64,000 nt of DNA from a bacterium (GCA_020852295.1 JADZBC010000009.1:216058-280057), one strand, 5' to 3'. Positions 30,128 through 39,070 are shown, counted from the stretch's first letter. Translations and numbers: made by a program. Notes: a model not told the origin generated them from the sequence alone.

Positions 30128-31159
30128 ATGACGCCCACCCTCATGCGACGGGTCGGCGCATCTGCCGGCACGATCGTTGACGCACTCACTCATCCGCCCT
30201 ATGGCTGGGGTGAGCATCGCGACTTCGAGTCGCACGCCGATCATGGCTCGGTTGCCGTTACGTTTGAGGATCAGCCGGTGGTGGTGGAGTACTACCACTT
30301 CCCGGCCGGTCCGCATGCGCCGACGGTCTTCATCTGCAACGGCTTCACGGCCAATGCAGGGGTGTATGGCCCACTCGGCAAGGCTGTCTGGCACCACGAG
30401 CACAACGTTGTGCTATTGAGCCTGCCTGGTCACGGCGGCACTACGCTGCCAATGCATCGTCCACTTGGCTATGCCGACACTGCCGAGATCATGATCTCGG
30501 CGATCGAGGCAATCCGTCATGAGACTAGCATGGTCGGGGAGATCATCCTGGCCGGTCACTCTCACGGTGGCGGTGTAGCGATGGCGATCGCGGTGCGGCT
30601 GGGTCAGCAGGCCAATCGGCTGATCTTGCTGGCTTCGGTCGGTGGGCCCGAATGGAGCCGGATCACAACCCACATGCAGCAGAGCCTTGATGGCATTCGC
30701 GCTTGCCACCCCAATCTCGGACAGGTGAGTCGGGACCTACAAGTCCTGGCCATGCTGTTCGGAGAGGGGCTGCTGATGGTGCCACCACCGTGGGATGCCG
30801 TCAACGCCGGCAAGGAGCTGATCCTGCCGTTCGCCCGTGGCTTCCGCGGCTGGCGTCGTCCGCTTGAACTGTGGAGTGTGGCAATCGACACCATCGTCGG
30901 CGACGCTTACTCGCTCGAGAGCGATCTCGCGCAGGTGAAGCGACTGGGTATCCCAACGGCCTGTGTGGCGGGCAAGCTCGATGGCGTGATCAACCGCAAG
31001 GTCATCCGGCAACAGGCCAAGCTGGCGGGTGCTGGGGAGTTTCACTACACCACCACCCATGCCAGCTTCCTCGCACCGGAGGCACGTCGTCGTATCGCCG
31101 AGCTCATCACTCTGCCAGATGATTCGTTCAAGTTGGCCGTCGAGAAGCATCTTCGCTGA
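30128..31159 (+). CDS. Alpha/beta hydrolase (lipase/esterase-like), GC-rich cassette
   Basis: LPGHG, GHSHGG, GKLDG and TTHA motifs; promoter TTGACC-17-TATGCT (30051-30079); SD GGAGGT; hairpin CCCACTCGGGG/CCCCGGGTGGG after the stop. Confidence 0.85.
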   Translation: MTPTLMRRVGASAGTIVDALTHPPYGWGEHRDFESHADHGSVAVTFEDQPVVVEYYHFPAGPHAPTVFICNGFTANAGVYGPLGKAVWHHEHNVVLLSLPGHGGTTLPMHRPLGYADTAEIMISAIEAIRHETSMVGEIILAGHSHGGGVAMAIAVRLGQQANRLILLASVGGPEWSRITTHMQQSLDGIRACHPNLGQVSRDLQVLAMLFGEGLLMVPPPWDAVNAGKELILPFARGFRGWRRPLELWSVAIDTIVGDAYSLESDLAQVKRLGIPTACVAGKLDGVINRKVIRQQAKLAGAGEFHYTTTHASFLAPEARRRIAELITLPDDSFKLAVEKHLR

Positions 31160-31254
31160 TCGGTCTCTGCCCACTCGGGGAACCCGCCCCCGGGTGGGTT
31201 CTTCGTTGTACTTGCATACCGCAGACCGCTACAATGGTAGGTAATGAGGGTGAC

Positions 31255-33711
31255 ATGCTACTTCGAAGAATAGAAATATCTGGCTTTAAGTCTTTTGGTG
31301 CGCGAACCAAAGTTGATGTGTCGAGTCGGATTGTTGGTATTGTGGGCCCGAATGGCGCAGGGAAAAGCAATGTTGTCGATGCAGTCCGTTGGGTACTAGG
31401 TGAGCAGTCGATCAAGGCCTTGCGACTGAAAAAATCAGAAGAAATTATTTTTGCCGGTACCCCCAAGAAGTCGCGTGCCAGCATGGCTGAAGTGACGATT
31501 CGGCTCGATAACTCTGATAATAAAATTCCGATTGAACTCACCGAGATAGAGCTCACCCGGCGTCTCTATCGATCCGGTGAAAGTGAGTATTTGCTCAACG
31601 GCCGCAAGACTCGGCTTGGGCAGATCGAGCTTCTCTTGGCACGGAGCGGATTTGGTACCGGCAGTTACAGTGTTGTTGGTCAGGGTATGATCGACCAGAT
31701 CTTGCTTGCCAATCCGGCTGAACGCAAAGCAATGTTCGATGAAGCTAGTGGCATAAAAGCCTATGAACTGGATCGAGCGCAGCATTTGAAAAAGATTGAG
31801 AAGAGCCGCTCAAACTTATCGAGTGTTGAGGCAATTCTGCGCGAGCTGGCGCCTCAGCAGCAGGCACTGAAGGCGCAGGCTGAGCTTTTGCAGCGTCGAA
31901 GTGAGATACGGGTGCAGCTGACGGAGTCTCGACAGCACTACATTGCCCAGCAGGCACTTGCGCAGCGCGAACGCCTATCGCAAGTTGATCGCGACATGAA
32001 AGCCGATACAAAGAAACTGGAAGCGATTCGCTCACAGGAAAAAGCGGTGCGTACCGCAATCACTGAGCTTGAGAAGAAGCAGTCAGATGCGATACGGCAA
32101 ATATCCACAAATAGTAAAAGTCTAAAGCGAACCGAGCAATTGCGTGACGATACCGTACGTCAGTTAGCACAGTTGCAGGCTGAGCATAGTAGTTTGCTCG
32201 GTCAAGTGCCGGATAAGCGCAAGGAGGAGTCTCAACTCACGCGTGAACTGACAGCCAAAACCACCCAGCTCGAAAAGATTACCGCTCGGCTTATAAAGAT
32301 CAATCAGGCAATTGCGAACTATCAAACAAAAATATCTGAGTACGACGACAAGCTGAAGAAAGTGCATGCCGAACAGTCGAAAGTGAGGAGCCAGATACTG
32401 CGTAATAGTAAAAACCGTTATTTGCAGCATGCCCTTGGTCTCACGCAGCTATTGTCTGATCATTTGAGTAAGAAGCACGTCGTTGACGAACAGCAGCTCA
32501 ACTTGGCGGTGCATAAGTTGGCTCGTTTTCTACGGCTCGCCATTGACCTTCAGCCCGAAGAGCTGCCAGCAAAACTTACTCGGCTCCAAAATAGCGCCAA
32601 TCGTCTGATGGCGCATCGCGATGAGGTCAACGAGCAGCAGACGGCTGAGATAATTCGCTTGCGAGCTCTGGAGCTTGATCAGGCCACGATAGAGGCTGAA
32701 ATGGCGGAAATTAAAGAAGACCTACAGAGCCTGGCGGATCCCAAAGTAACAACCGAGCAGAGCAAGCTTGCCGACAAAATCAAGCAACTACAGTCAAAAC
32801 TCGATGATTACGACAGTCAACTTGAGCAATTGCGTGGCAGTTTTGTGCAAACCCAAGAGACGACAGGTGCCGCAGACCTCGCTGCGCTGAACACCAAGCT
32901 CCAGGGCATTATCGTCGAGCGAGTTCAGCTAGAGGCACAACTCAAAGATCGGGAAGCTGACAAGAAGTCTCTTATTGCAGAGGAGCAGCAGTGGCTGGAA
33001 CAAGCCAAACAGTGGGGAATTGCGCTCAGTGCTGTACCAAAGCAGCCGCGCCCAACGACACTGGCCGAGATCAATCGGCTGGAGGGTGAGCTCGAAGCTA
33101 TCGCTGAGATCGATCCGGCGCTGCTCGAGGAGGTAGCTGCGATTGATGAACGGGTGGATTATCTCAATCGGCAGGTAGCCGACTTGGCTCAAGCAATCGT
33201 CGATACAGAGGCGATCATTTCGAAGCTCGAAAAGAAGATTGCCAATCAATTTGAAACACGATTTCGGAAGATCAATAAGCAGTTCGCACACTATTTCGGG
33301 ATTTTGTTTGGTGGCGGCGATGCGCAGCTCAGTCTTGTGCAGGGGGATGAGTCGGAGTATGGCATCGAGATCCTGGTGACGCCACCCAATAAGCGCCCCG
33401 GGGTACTGAGTAGTCTATCTGGTGGTGAAAAAGCGTTGAGTAGTATTGCTCTCCTAGCTGCCATCTTATCGGTCAACCCGAGCCCGTTTGTGATTCTTGA
33501 TGAGGTTGATGCAGCGCTCGATGAGGCCAATTCGGTCAAATTCGGCAAAATCATACAGGAGATTTCTCGATTCTCGCAGGTGTTAGTGATTACACACAAC
33601 CATCAAACCATGCAGGTAGCAGGTGAATTGATGGGGGTAACGGCCGGTCCTGATGGTAGCTCAACCATTCTCAGTGTCCAGCTCGCCGTGGCCGAAGCCC
33701 TGAGTCATTGA
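31255..33711 (+). CDS. smc: SMC-family ATPase (shortened)
   Basis: GFKSF, GPNGAGKSN, long coiled coil, LSGGEK and LDEVDAALD motifs. Confidence 0.9.
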   Translation: MLLRRIEISGFKSFGARTKVDVSSRIVGIVGPNGAGKSNVVDAVRWVLGEQSIKALRLKKSEEIIFAGTPKKSRASMAEVTIRLDNSDNKIPIELTEIELTRRLYRSGESEYLLNGRKTRLGQIELLLARSGFGTGSYSVVGQGMIDQILLANPAERKAMFDEASGIKAYELDRAQHLKKIEKSRSNLSSVEAILRELAPQQQALKAQAELLQRRSEIRVQLTESRQHYIAQQALAQRERLSQVDRDMKADTKKLEAIRSQEKAVRTAITELEKKQSDAIRQISTNSKSLKRTEQLRDDTVRQLAQLQAEHSSLLGQVPDKRKEESQLTRELTAKTTQLEKITARLIKINQAIANYQTKISEYDDKLKKVHAEQSKVRSQILRNSKNRYLQHALGLTQLLSDHLSKKHVVDEQQLNLAVHKLARFLRLAIDLQPEELPAKLTRLQNSANRLMAHRDEVNEQQTAEIIRLRALELDQATIEAEMAEIKEDLQSLADPKVTTEQSKLADKIKQLQSKLDDYDSQLEQLRGSFVQTQETTGAADLAALNTKLQGIIVERVQLEAQLKDREADKKSLIAEEQQWLEQAKQWGIALSAVPKQPRPTTLAEINRLEGELEAIAEIDPALLEEVAAIDERVDYLNRQVADLAQAIVDTEAIISKLEKKIANQFETRFRKINKQFAHYFGILFGGGDAQLSLVQGDESEYGIEILVTPPNKRPGVLSSLSGGEKALSSIALLAAILSVNPSPFVILDEVDAALDEANSVKFGKIIQEISRFSQVLVITHNHQTMQVAGELMGVTAGPDGSSTILSVQLAVAEALSH

Positions 33712-33762
33712 CATTTACCCTGGTTTTCAGGTAAAATACTCTGGTATTTTTAGAAGGAACCT

Positions 33763-34227
33763 ATGCTTGTAATTCGATTGGCCCGTGTGGGTCGCAAAAA
33801 ATATCCGGTCTACCGTATCGTTGCTGCTGACAAACGTCGAGCGGCTACTTCAAAATTTGTTGCTGTACTTGGTAACTACAACCCTCACACCAAAGAGTTG
33901 GTTATCAAGAAAGAGCAGCTCATCGACTTCGTGAACAAAGGCGCCCAGCCGAGCAACCGAGTACTCCAGCTTATGCAACAGGAGAAGATGGAGCTGCCAA
34001 AGTGGGCCAGCATCAAGACTCGTAATCGTAAGCCAAAGAAAGAAGCTGAAGAAGGCGAAGCTACTGCCGAAGTGGCTACCGAATCAGCCGATGCCAAGAC
34101 TGCACCAGCTGATGCTGATGCTACCGAAACCGCTCAGAGTGCCGAAGCTGCACAGACAAATGACGCTGATGCTCAAGAAGCTGCTGCCGAAGCCGCTGAA
34201 GCTGCCAACGACGAAGCTGCCGCCTAA
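33763..34227 (+). CDS. rpsP: 30S ribosomal protein S16 with acidic Ala-rich tail
   Basis: MLVIRLARVGRKK.P.YRIV and GAQPS motifs. Confidence 0.96.
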   Translation: MLVIRLARVGRKKYPVYRIVAADKRRAATSKFVAVLGNYNPHTKELVIKKEQLIDFVNKGAQPSNRVLQLMQQEKMELPKWASIKTRNRKPKKEAEEGEATAEVATESADAKTAPADADATETAQSAEAAQTNDADAQEAAAEAAEAANDEAAA

Positions 34228-34320
34228 TCAAGGCCTACTCTGGTAAATCTCAAAGATTAGATTTACAATAAACCCATTAGTACCTTTTGTTATCACTACT
34301 AAAAACTGAGGAGAAGAGAT

Positions 34321-34710
34321 ATGGCTGAAGCCGATCAAGCATTTGTCGAGTATGTCGTCAAAGCAATTGTTGATAATCCTGATAAAGTAGAAATCAAACG
34401 TACGGTAGATGAGCGGGGTGTTTTGCTCGAGCTCAGTGTTGACCCAGATGATATGGGTAAGATCATCGGAAAGGCTGGGGCTACGGCCAAGTCAATCCGG
34501 ACACTTTTGCGTGTGCTCGGTGCCAAGAGCGATGCACGATTCAATCTCAAGATTGTTGAGCCAGAGGGCAGTGAGCATGCTGCAGCTAGCCACGAAGAGC
34601 CGCAGTCGGCTCAGGCTGAGGCGCCAGTCGATGAAGGTGACGCCAAGCTAGACGCCATCAAGGCTAAGGCCAAAGAAGGTCTCGAAGATCTCGACGATCT
34701 GGACATCTAA
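34321..34710 (+). CDS. khpA: KH-domain RNA-binding protein KhpA
   Basis: DMGKIIGKAG KH motif; position between rpsP and trmD. Confidence 0.88.
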   Translation: MAEADQAFVEYVVKAIVDNPDKVEIKRTVDERGVLLELSVDPDDMGKIIGKAGATAKSIRTLLRVLGAKSDARFNLKIVEPEGSEHAAASHEEPQSAQAEAPVDEGDAKLDAIKAKAKEGLEDLDDLDI

Positions 34711-34716
34711 TATTCC

Positions 34717-35124
34717 ATGGCCGACCTATCTAGCCATGGGGTTGTCGCAGTAGTAGTTAAGGACGGTAAATACTTACTACTCAATGACGTTAGAGATCTA
34801 ATGTACGGAAAGTGGGCTCCACCTCATGGCAGATGTGAGTCAACTGACACCTCAGAAGAAGATGCGGTTAAGCGAGAAACTACCGAAGAAACCGGACTAC
34901 GCGTAACCCCAATTCGAAAATTACTTACTCAACCCGCTGATACAAAAGTAAAAACAGTCTCTTTTTGGCATTGTGAAGTGGAGGGTGAGAGCGAAGTGGT
35001 GCTTGATGCCACTGAGTCATCTGAATACAAATGGTGCAGTGTGGACGAGGCTCTCGCATTGCCACTGTATCCTGGCACACAAATATTTTTTGAAAAGATA
35101 AAGAACGACGAAATTCAAATTTGA
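34717..35124 (+). CDS. NUDIX hydrolase
   Basis: G.....SEEDAVKRETTEETGL Nudix box. Confidence 0.85.
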   Translation: MADLSSHGVVAVVVKDGKYLLLNDVRDLMYGKWAPPHGRCESTDTSEEDAVKRETTEETGLRVTPIRKLLTQPADTKVKTVSFWHCEVEGESEVVLDATESSEYKWCSVDEALALPLYPGTQIFFEKIKNDEIQI

Positions 35125-35795
35125 AGATACATATAATCACACTTTTTCCAGAAATGTTTGAGGGGCCGTTTGCGCACTCTATGATTTGGAAGGCGCAGGA
35201 CAAAGGTCTGGTCGAGATCAAACTCGTCAATCTACGTGACTTTGGTATTGGTCCGCGCAAGACGGTCGATGATACGCCATATGGTGGCGGGGATGGTATG
35301 GTGCTGCGGGTTGAGCCAGTCTTTGCAGCGGTTGAGTCGATAAAGGAAACAGGGCCCGAAGCAAAAGTACTCCTCATGACGCCACGCGGCAAGCCATTTG
35401 TGCAGGCTGATGCACAAAAGCTCAGTACCGAGCAATCGCTTATTATTTTGTGTGGTCACTACGAAGGTTTCGATGAGCGCATCATGAGCCTCGTCGATCT
35501 AGAGATATCGATGGGAGACTTTGTACTGACTGGCGGTGAGATTCCGGCGATGGCGGTGGTCGATAGTGTGGTGCGATTGATACCGGGCGTACTCGGTGGT
35601 GAGATGAGTGCGCACGATGAGTCGTTTAGCCACGGCCTGCTGGAGTATCCACAATACACACGGCCAGATGAGTGGCGGGGGATGAAGGTACCCGATGAGC
35701 TCAAGTCGGGGAACCATGCGCAGATCGCCCAGTGGCGCAAAGACCAGGCGATTCGTAAAACAGGTGAAAATCGACCCGAGCTACTAGATTTTTAG
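35121..35795 (+). CDS. trmD: tRNA (guanine37-N1)-methyltransferase
   Basis: VDDTPYGGGDGM, CGHYEGFDER and SMGDFVLTGGE motifs. Confidence 0.97.
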   Translation: MKIHIITLFPEMFEGPFAHSMIWKAQDKGLVEIKLVNLRDFGIGPRKTVDDTPYGGGDGMVLRVEPVFAAVESIKETGPEAKVLLMTPRGKPFVQADAQKLSTEQSLIILCGHYEGFDERIMSLVDLEISMGDFVLTGGEIPAMAVVDSVVRLIPGVLGGEMSAHDESFSHGLLEYPQYTRPDEWRGMKVPDELKSGNHAQIAQWRKDQAIRKTGENRPELLDF

Positions 35796-35899
35796 GGTGG
35801 AGCAGGGGATCAACCTCCCCTAGCGCTCTCCCCTGCTTCCCTGCGATTTTTTTTACTTCTTGCCCTCCCCGCACCCTAGCTCTCCCCTGTTTGGATATA

Positions 35900-35928
35900 T
35901 TGACAAATCCCCTATTTTATGCTAATAT
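35900..35928 (+). promoter_or_regulatory. Promoter TTGACA-17-TAATAT (cassette A1)
   Basis: Consensus -35 with extended -10; the same arrangement recurs at 36580-36608. Confidence 0.8.
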
Positions 35929-35934
35929 TTCTTC

Positions 35935-36034
35935 TAATTCCTACCTGTATGGATAGGTGGAGGAGCCCTCGGGTAACTCAGCGGCGTAGCTCTGGCGCCA
36001 CCCCAGAGCACTTGAAATGGAAGGAGGTGCTCGG
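35935..36034 (+). ncRNA. Conserved structured 5' leader, copy 1 (two hairpins plus pseudoknot)
   Basis: Homologous to 36615-36712 with compensatory changes; GGCG/CGCC crossed by GCTCTGG/CCAGAGC. Confidence 0.65.
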
Positions 36035-36463
36035 ATGAGCACCACCGAACTGAAGAAGGTCAACCTGCTCGAGTTCTTCGAGAAGGTGATCAACGGTCCC
36101 TCCCGCGAGGAGCTGTTCGACAGCCTGCGGCTGTTCAACCTCCGCCAGACGCTGGTCGAGTTCACGCTCGAGCAGAAGCGGCTGCGCGGATCGATGGTCA
36201 AGCCGACGGTCATCAAGGCCCGCGTCATGGGCATCCGTCCCGAGGACGGGTCGTCCAACCGCTGGCTGGTGGACCTGCTGGTCAACCAGATCGTCAACAG
36301 CGACACCGAGCCGGAGGACCCGTACGTCTCGATCTACTTCGACACCCAGGTGCGAGCAGGGCACATCATCGTCCCGCCGCAGCGCGAGGTCGTCGTGCGA
36401 GACGGACAGATCGTGCTGGACGGCACGGTGATCGGGAACCTCCCGGCCGCCACGTTCAGCTGA
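36035..36463 (+). CDS. Hypothetical protein, GPSREELFD family copy 1, GC-rich cassette
   Basis: SD AAGGAGGT; 28 of the first 30 codons end in G/C; paralogue at 36713. Confidence 0.8.
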   Translation: MSTTELKKVNLLEFFEKVINGPSREELFDSLRLFNLRQTLVEFTLEQKRLRGSMVKPTVIKARVMGIRPEDGSSNRWLVDLLVNQIVNSDTEPEDPYVSIYFDTQVRAGHIIVPPQREVVVRDGQIVLDGTVIGNLPAATFS

Positions 36464-36469
36464 TCTTCG

Positions 36470-36576
36470 GCAAGCCAGGCCACTGGGGCCCGTGAAGATT
36501 CTACGCTTCAACGATCCGATACGTTAATTCGGGTCACCACCCAAGTTCATAACTCGTTTGTGAGTTTAGGTGGAAA
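36470..36576 (+). repeat. 107-nt structured 3' trailer, copy 1
   Basis: Matches 37078-37183 with 2 substitutions and 1 indel; four consecutive hairpins. Confidence 0.92.
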
Positions 36577-36579
36577 GTA

Positions 36580-36608
36580 TTGACAATATGTATTAAATAT
36601 GCTAATAT
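36580..36608 (+). promoter_or_regulatory. Promoter TTGACA-17-TAATAT (cassette A2)
   Basis: Consensus hexamers with TG extension. Confidence 0.8.
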
Positions 36609-36614
36609 TTCTTC

Positions 36615-36712
36615 GATTCTTACCTGCATGGGTAAGTGGAGACGCCTTCGGGCATCTTAACGGCGCAGCTCTGGCGCCATCCCAGAGCACAAAACAGAAA
36701 GGGGTGTCTCGT
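36615..36712 (+). ncRNA. Conserved structured 5' leader, copy 2
   Basis: CTTACC/GGTAAG and GCC-TTCG-GGC hairpins and the same pseudoknot as copy 1. Confidence 0.65.
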
Positions 36713-37075
36713 ATGAGCACCGCCACCATCCACCCCGAAGACAAGTTCTTCGGACCCTCCCGCGAGGAGTTGTTCGACGCACTCGAACACGACCGAACCC
36801 TTCGCATGACACTGGAGAAGGACTGGTCGCAGACCAGCGATCCGCGGCAGATCGTCTTCCGGGTCATCGGCATCAGCCGCGAAGATGGTTCGAACAACTC
36901 CTGGATCCTGGAGATCGCCCTCGTGTCTGCCGTGGAGGAGCGGTTCTACCAGGGGGTCGAGGCATCGCTCAACTTCGGTGATCGCGGAGGTAAGAAGTTC
37001 GCCTCCGTCCTCGGTCGCAAGATCCGGGTGCACTACTCCTCAGCGAAGGCTGAAGGCCGATTCCTGGAGTTCTGA
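36713..37075 (+). CDS. Hypothetical protein, GPSREELFD family copy 2, GC-rich cassette
   Basis: SD AGAAAGGGGTG; shares GPSREELFD and GI..EDGS.N.W with copy 1. Confidence 0.8.
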   Translation: MSTATIHPEDKFFGPSREELFDALEHDRTLRMTLEKDWSQTSDPRQIVFRVIGISREDGSNNSWILEIALVSAVEERFYQGVEASLNFGDRGGKKFASVLGRKIRVHYSSAKAEGRFLEF

Positions 37076-37077
37076 GT

Positions 37078-37183
37078 GCAAGCCAGGCCACTGGGGCCGT
37101 GAAGCTTCTACGCTTCAACGATCCGATACGTTAATTCGGGTCACCACCCAAGTTCATAACTCGCTTGTGAGTTTAGGTGGAAA
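37078..37183 (+). repeat. 106-nt structured 3' trailer, copy 2
   Basis: Near-identical to 36470-36576. Confidence 0.92.
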
Positions 37184-37194
37184 ATACTAAAACG

Positions 37195-37237
37195 GTACAA
37201 GCCCCCGACAAGATTGCTCTCGTCGGGGGCTTTGTAC
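37195..37237 (-). terminator. Hairpin 3' of the ATP-grasp-like gene
   Basis: GTACAA-GCCCCCGAC...GTCGGGGGC-TTTGTAC inverted repeat. Confidence 0.75.
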
Positions 37238-38508
37238 TACACCAACACCGTGCCGGTCAGGATGGCATCCTTCGCGCCGTGCACGGCCTTGTTCGGCCGA
37301 GCCGTGATGGCGATGTCCTCCACGCCGGTTCGGCTGAAGTAGGCGGTGAGGCGCAGCTGCCATTCACCCGGCGGATCGAGCTGACCGCGCTCGTCGAATC
37401 GCTGCCAGGCGAACCGGCGGTTGGTCACCTCGCGCTGGAGGATGTTGGCGCCCCGCTGCCGACTGGCCGCCAGCAGCGCCTCGCCGAACTCCGGCTCGTC
37501 GCCGAAGTAGATGCCGCGCATTCCCGAAGCCACTGACTGCTTGAGCACCAGACCGTGGTGGTTCGACAGCTGGGGCGTTGTCCAGTCGCGGCCGATGATG
37601 TGGGTCATCGGCAAGTGCGACCGCACGACACGCAGAGCCGATTCACTGATCTGACTGCGCACCAGCGCTTCGATGGCCGGGTCGCCCACCGCGTTGCTCA
37701 CCACCCCGAGCAGCGACTTGCTCGCCAAGAAGTGCTTGGGGGAGATGAGGCACTGCAGCGTGCCACTCTTCAAGCCGGCGCGGAGCCAGTCGATGAGCGG
37801 CTTGTTGTAGTTCATCGGCGGCATGTCGATGAGGGTCGGCGGCAGCACCTCGCCCGTGCGGGCGTGACGCATGACGCCGGAGTGCACATCGACCTGCAGC
37901 TCGTTGATCACAGCCATCTCGATGCCCAGGAGCTTGAGCTCGCGAGCGATGATCGCAAACTCCGGCTCGTAGAAGCGCTGCGTGTCACCGAACAGGAACG
38001 TCACCGCGTCAATGCGGCGGCGCCGGCACTCAGCGGCGATGTAAGCAGCGACACCCGGGAGCTGTGCGGCCTCGGGCCGGAGCACCTGGCAGATGCGTCG
38101 ACCGATGATGGAGTAGCCCCAGCTGCGGGGGTTCGTCGCATCGATCTCGGCCAACCAGATGTGGCCCTGCTCGTCGATGAGCAGGTCGCACTTGCGCAGG
38201 ATGGGGAGGTTGCGCGGCCGGTTGTTGGGCAGCTTGTAGGGCGTGCCCTGCTTGAGGGTGTTGCCGATGCGTCCGTACGGCAGCATCTTGCCACACAGAT
38301 CCGGCTGCTCGCTGATGGCGACGATCCGGCTGATACCACCCAGCACCTCGTCGATGGCGGGGGCCAGCTGGTTGAGCTGGTTGAGCTGGTCGCTACCCAG
38401 TTCGTATACGTCCGGTGAGAGCTGGAAAGCGTGCGACCGCTCCTGCTCGCCGTTCCAAATGCCCGTCTCACGGACAGTTTCTTGCAACTCCGCAAACATG
38501 GTGTCCAT
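37237..38508 (-). CDS. ATP-grasp-like ligase (circularly permuted / glutathionylspermidine-synthase-like), GC-rich cassette
   Basis: RKCDLL..IWLAEIDATNP, ASKSLL, VLKQSVASGMRGI and ILQREV patterns; SD GAAAGGA before the ATG at 38508. Confidence 0.7.
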   Translation of the reverse strand: MDTMFAELQETVRETGIWNGEQERSHAFQLSPDVYELGSDQLNQLNQLAPAIDEVLGGISRIVAISEQPDLCGKMLPYGRIGNTLKQGTPYKLPNNRPRNLPILRKCDLLIDEQGHIWLAEIDATNPRSWGYSIIGRRICQVLRPEAAQLPGVAAYIAAECRRRRIDAVTFLFGDTQRFYEPEFAIIARELKLLGIEMAVINELQVDVHSGVMRHARTGEVLPPTLIDMPPMNYNKPLIDWLRAGLKSGTLQCLISPKHFLASKSLLGVVSNAVGDPAIEALVRSQISESALRVVRSHLPMTHIIGRDWTTPQLSNHHGLVLKQSVASGMRGIYFGDEPEFGEALLAASRQRGANILQREVTNRRFAWQRFDERGQLDPPGEWQLRLTAYFSRTGVEDIAITARPNKAVHGAKDAILTGTVLV

Positions 38509-38611
38509 GGCGGGTCCTTTCGGGTTGGGGTGCGTGTGCACCGATGTGAAGGTGTAGTCCTGCTGAATCGCAGGCTACCGGCAGATACTGCAGTGAACTA
38601 CCGGCAAACTG

Positions 38612-39049
38612 TTATTCAGTGATGAGTTTTTGAAATTGCGAAAGAGTGGTGATGGTATGCTCGGGCGTAAAGCCAACTGGTTCTTCGTCGGCGAAGCGAC
38701 CCTGGCGATACCAGACGGTTGGCCAGCCAGCTTTATGGCCGAACGCGATCTCGCCAAGCGCGCGATCGCCAATGACAAACGATTTGCTTAAGTCGGTGTC
38801 ATACTTTTGAGCGAGTTGGCGAAATACTTTTTGCGACTTGGTATCCATCAAAATAATTTCGGCGAAGTACTCTGCAATACCGAGCTGCTCAATCAGTGCC
38901 TGGCGTGACGGTGCAGCCATGGCAAGCAGGATGAGTGTATAGCCTTGATCGCGTGCGGTATCAAGTAGCGATTGTGCGCCGTCGATGAGCTGATTTGTGT
39001 CTGGATCGTAAAGTGTTCGATTGAAGTCGAAGATGATGAGTTGGTTCAT
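38612..39049 (-). CDS. HAD-superfamily hydrolase
   Basis: IIFDFNRTLYD and VIGDRALGEI..GHKAG motifs; SD GAAAGGA. Confidence 0.85.
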   Translation of the reverse strand: MNQLIIFDFNRTLYDPDTNQLIDGAQSLLDTARDQGYTLILLAMAAPSRQALIEQLGIAEYFAEIILMDTKSQKVFRQLAQKYDTDLSKSFVIGDRALGEIAFGHKAGWPTVWYRQGRFADEEPVGFTPEHTITTLSQFQKLITE

Positions 39050-39070
39050 GATTGTTCCTTTCGTTAGACT

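Noticed and set aside
35796-35890. Short CCTAGC..TCTCCCCTG duplication after trmD
   Set aside because: Explained by the trmD terminator (GGAGCAGGGGA/TCCCCTGCTTC) plus a partial local duplication; no further structure is supportable.
35941-36010. SAH or other known riboswitch (GAGGAG, AACGGCGC-like words)
   Set aside because: The stem order does not fit the SAH fold as I recall it; kept as an unknown motif pending an Rfam search.
35900-37183. Integron cassette array with trailers as attC sites
   Set aside because: The trailers are multi-hairpin rather than one long palindrome with RYYYAAC/GTTRRRY ends, each unit has its own promoter, and no integrase is in the window.
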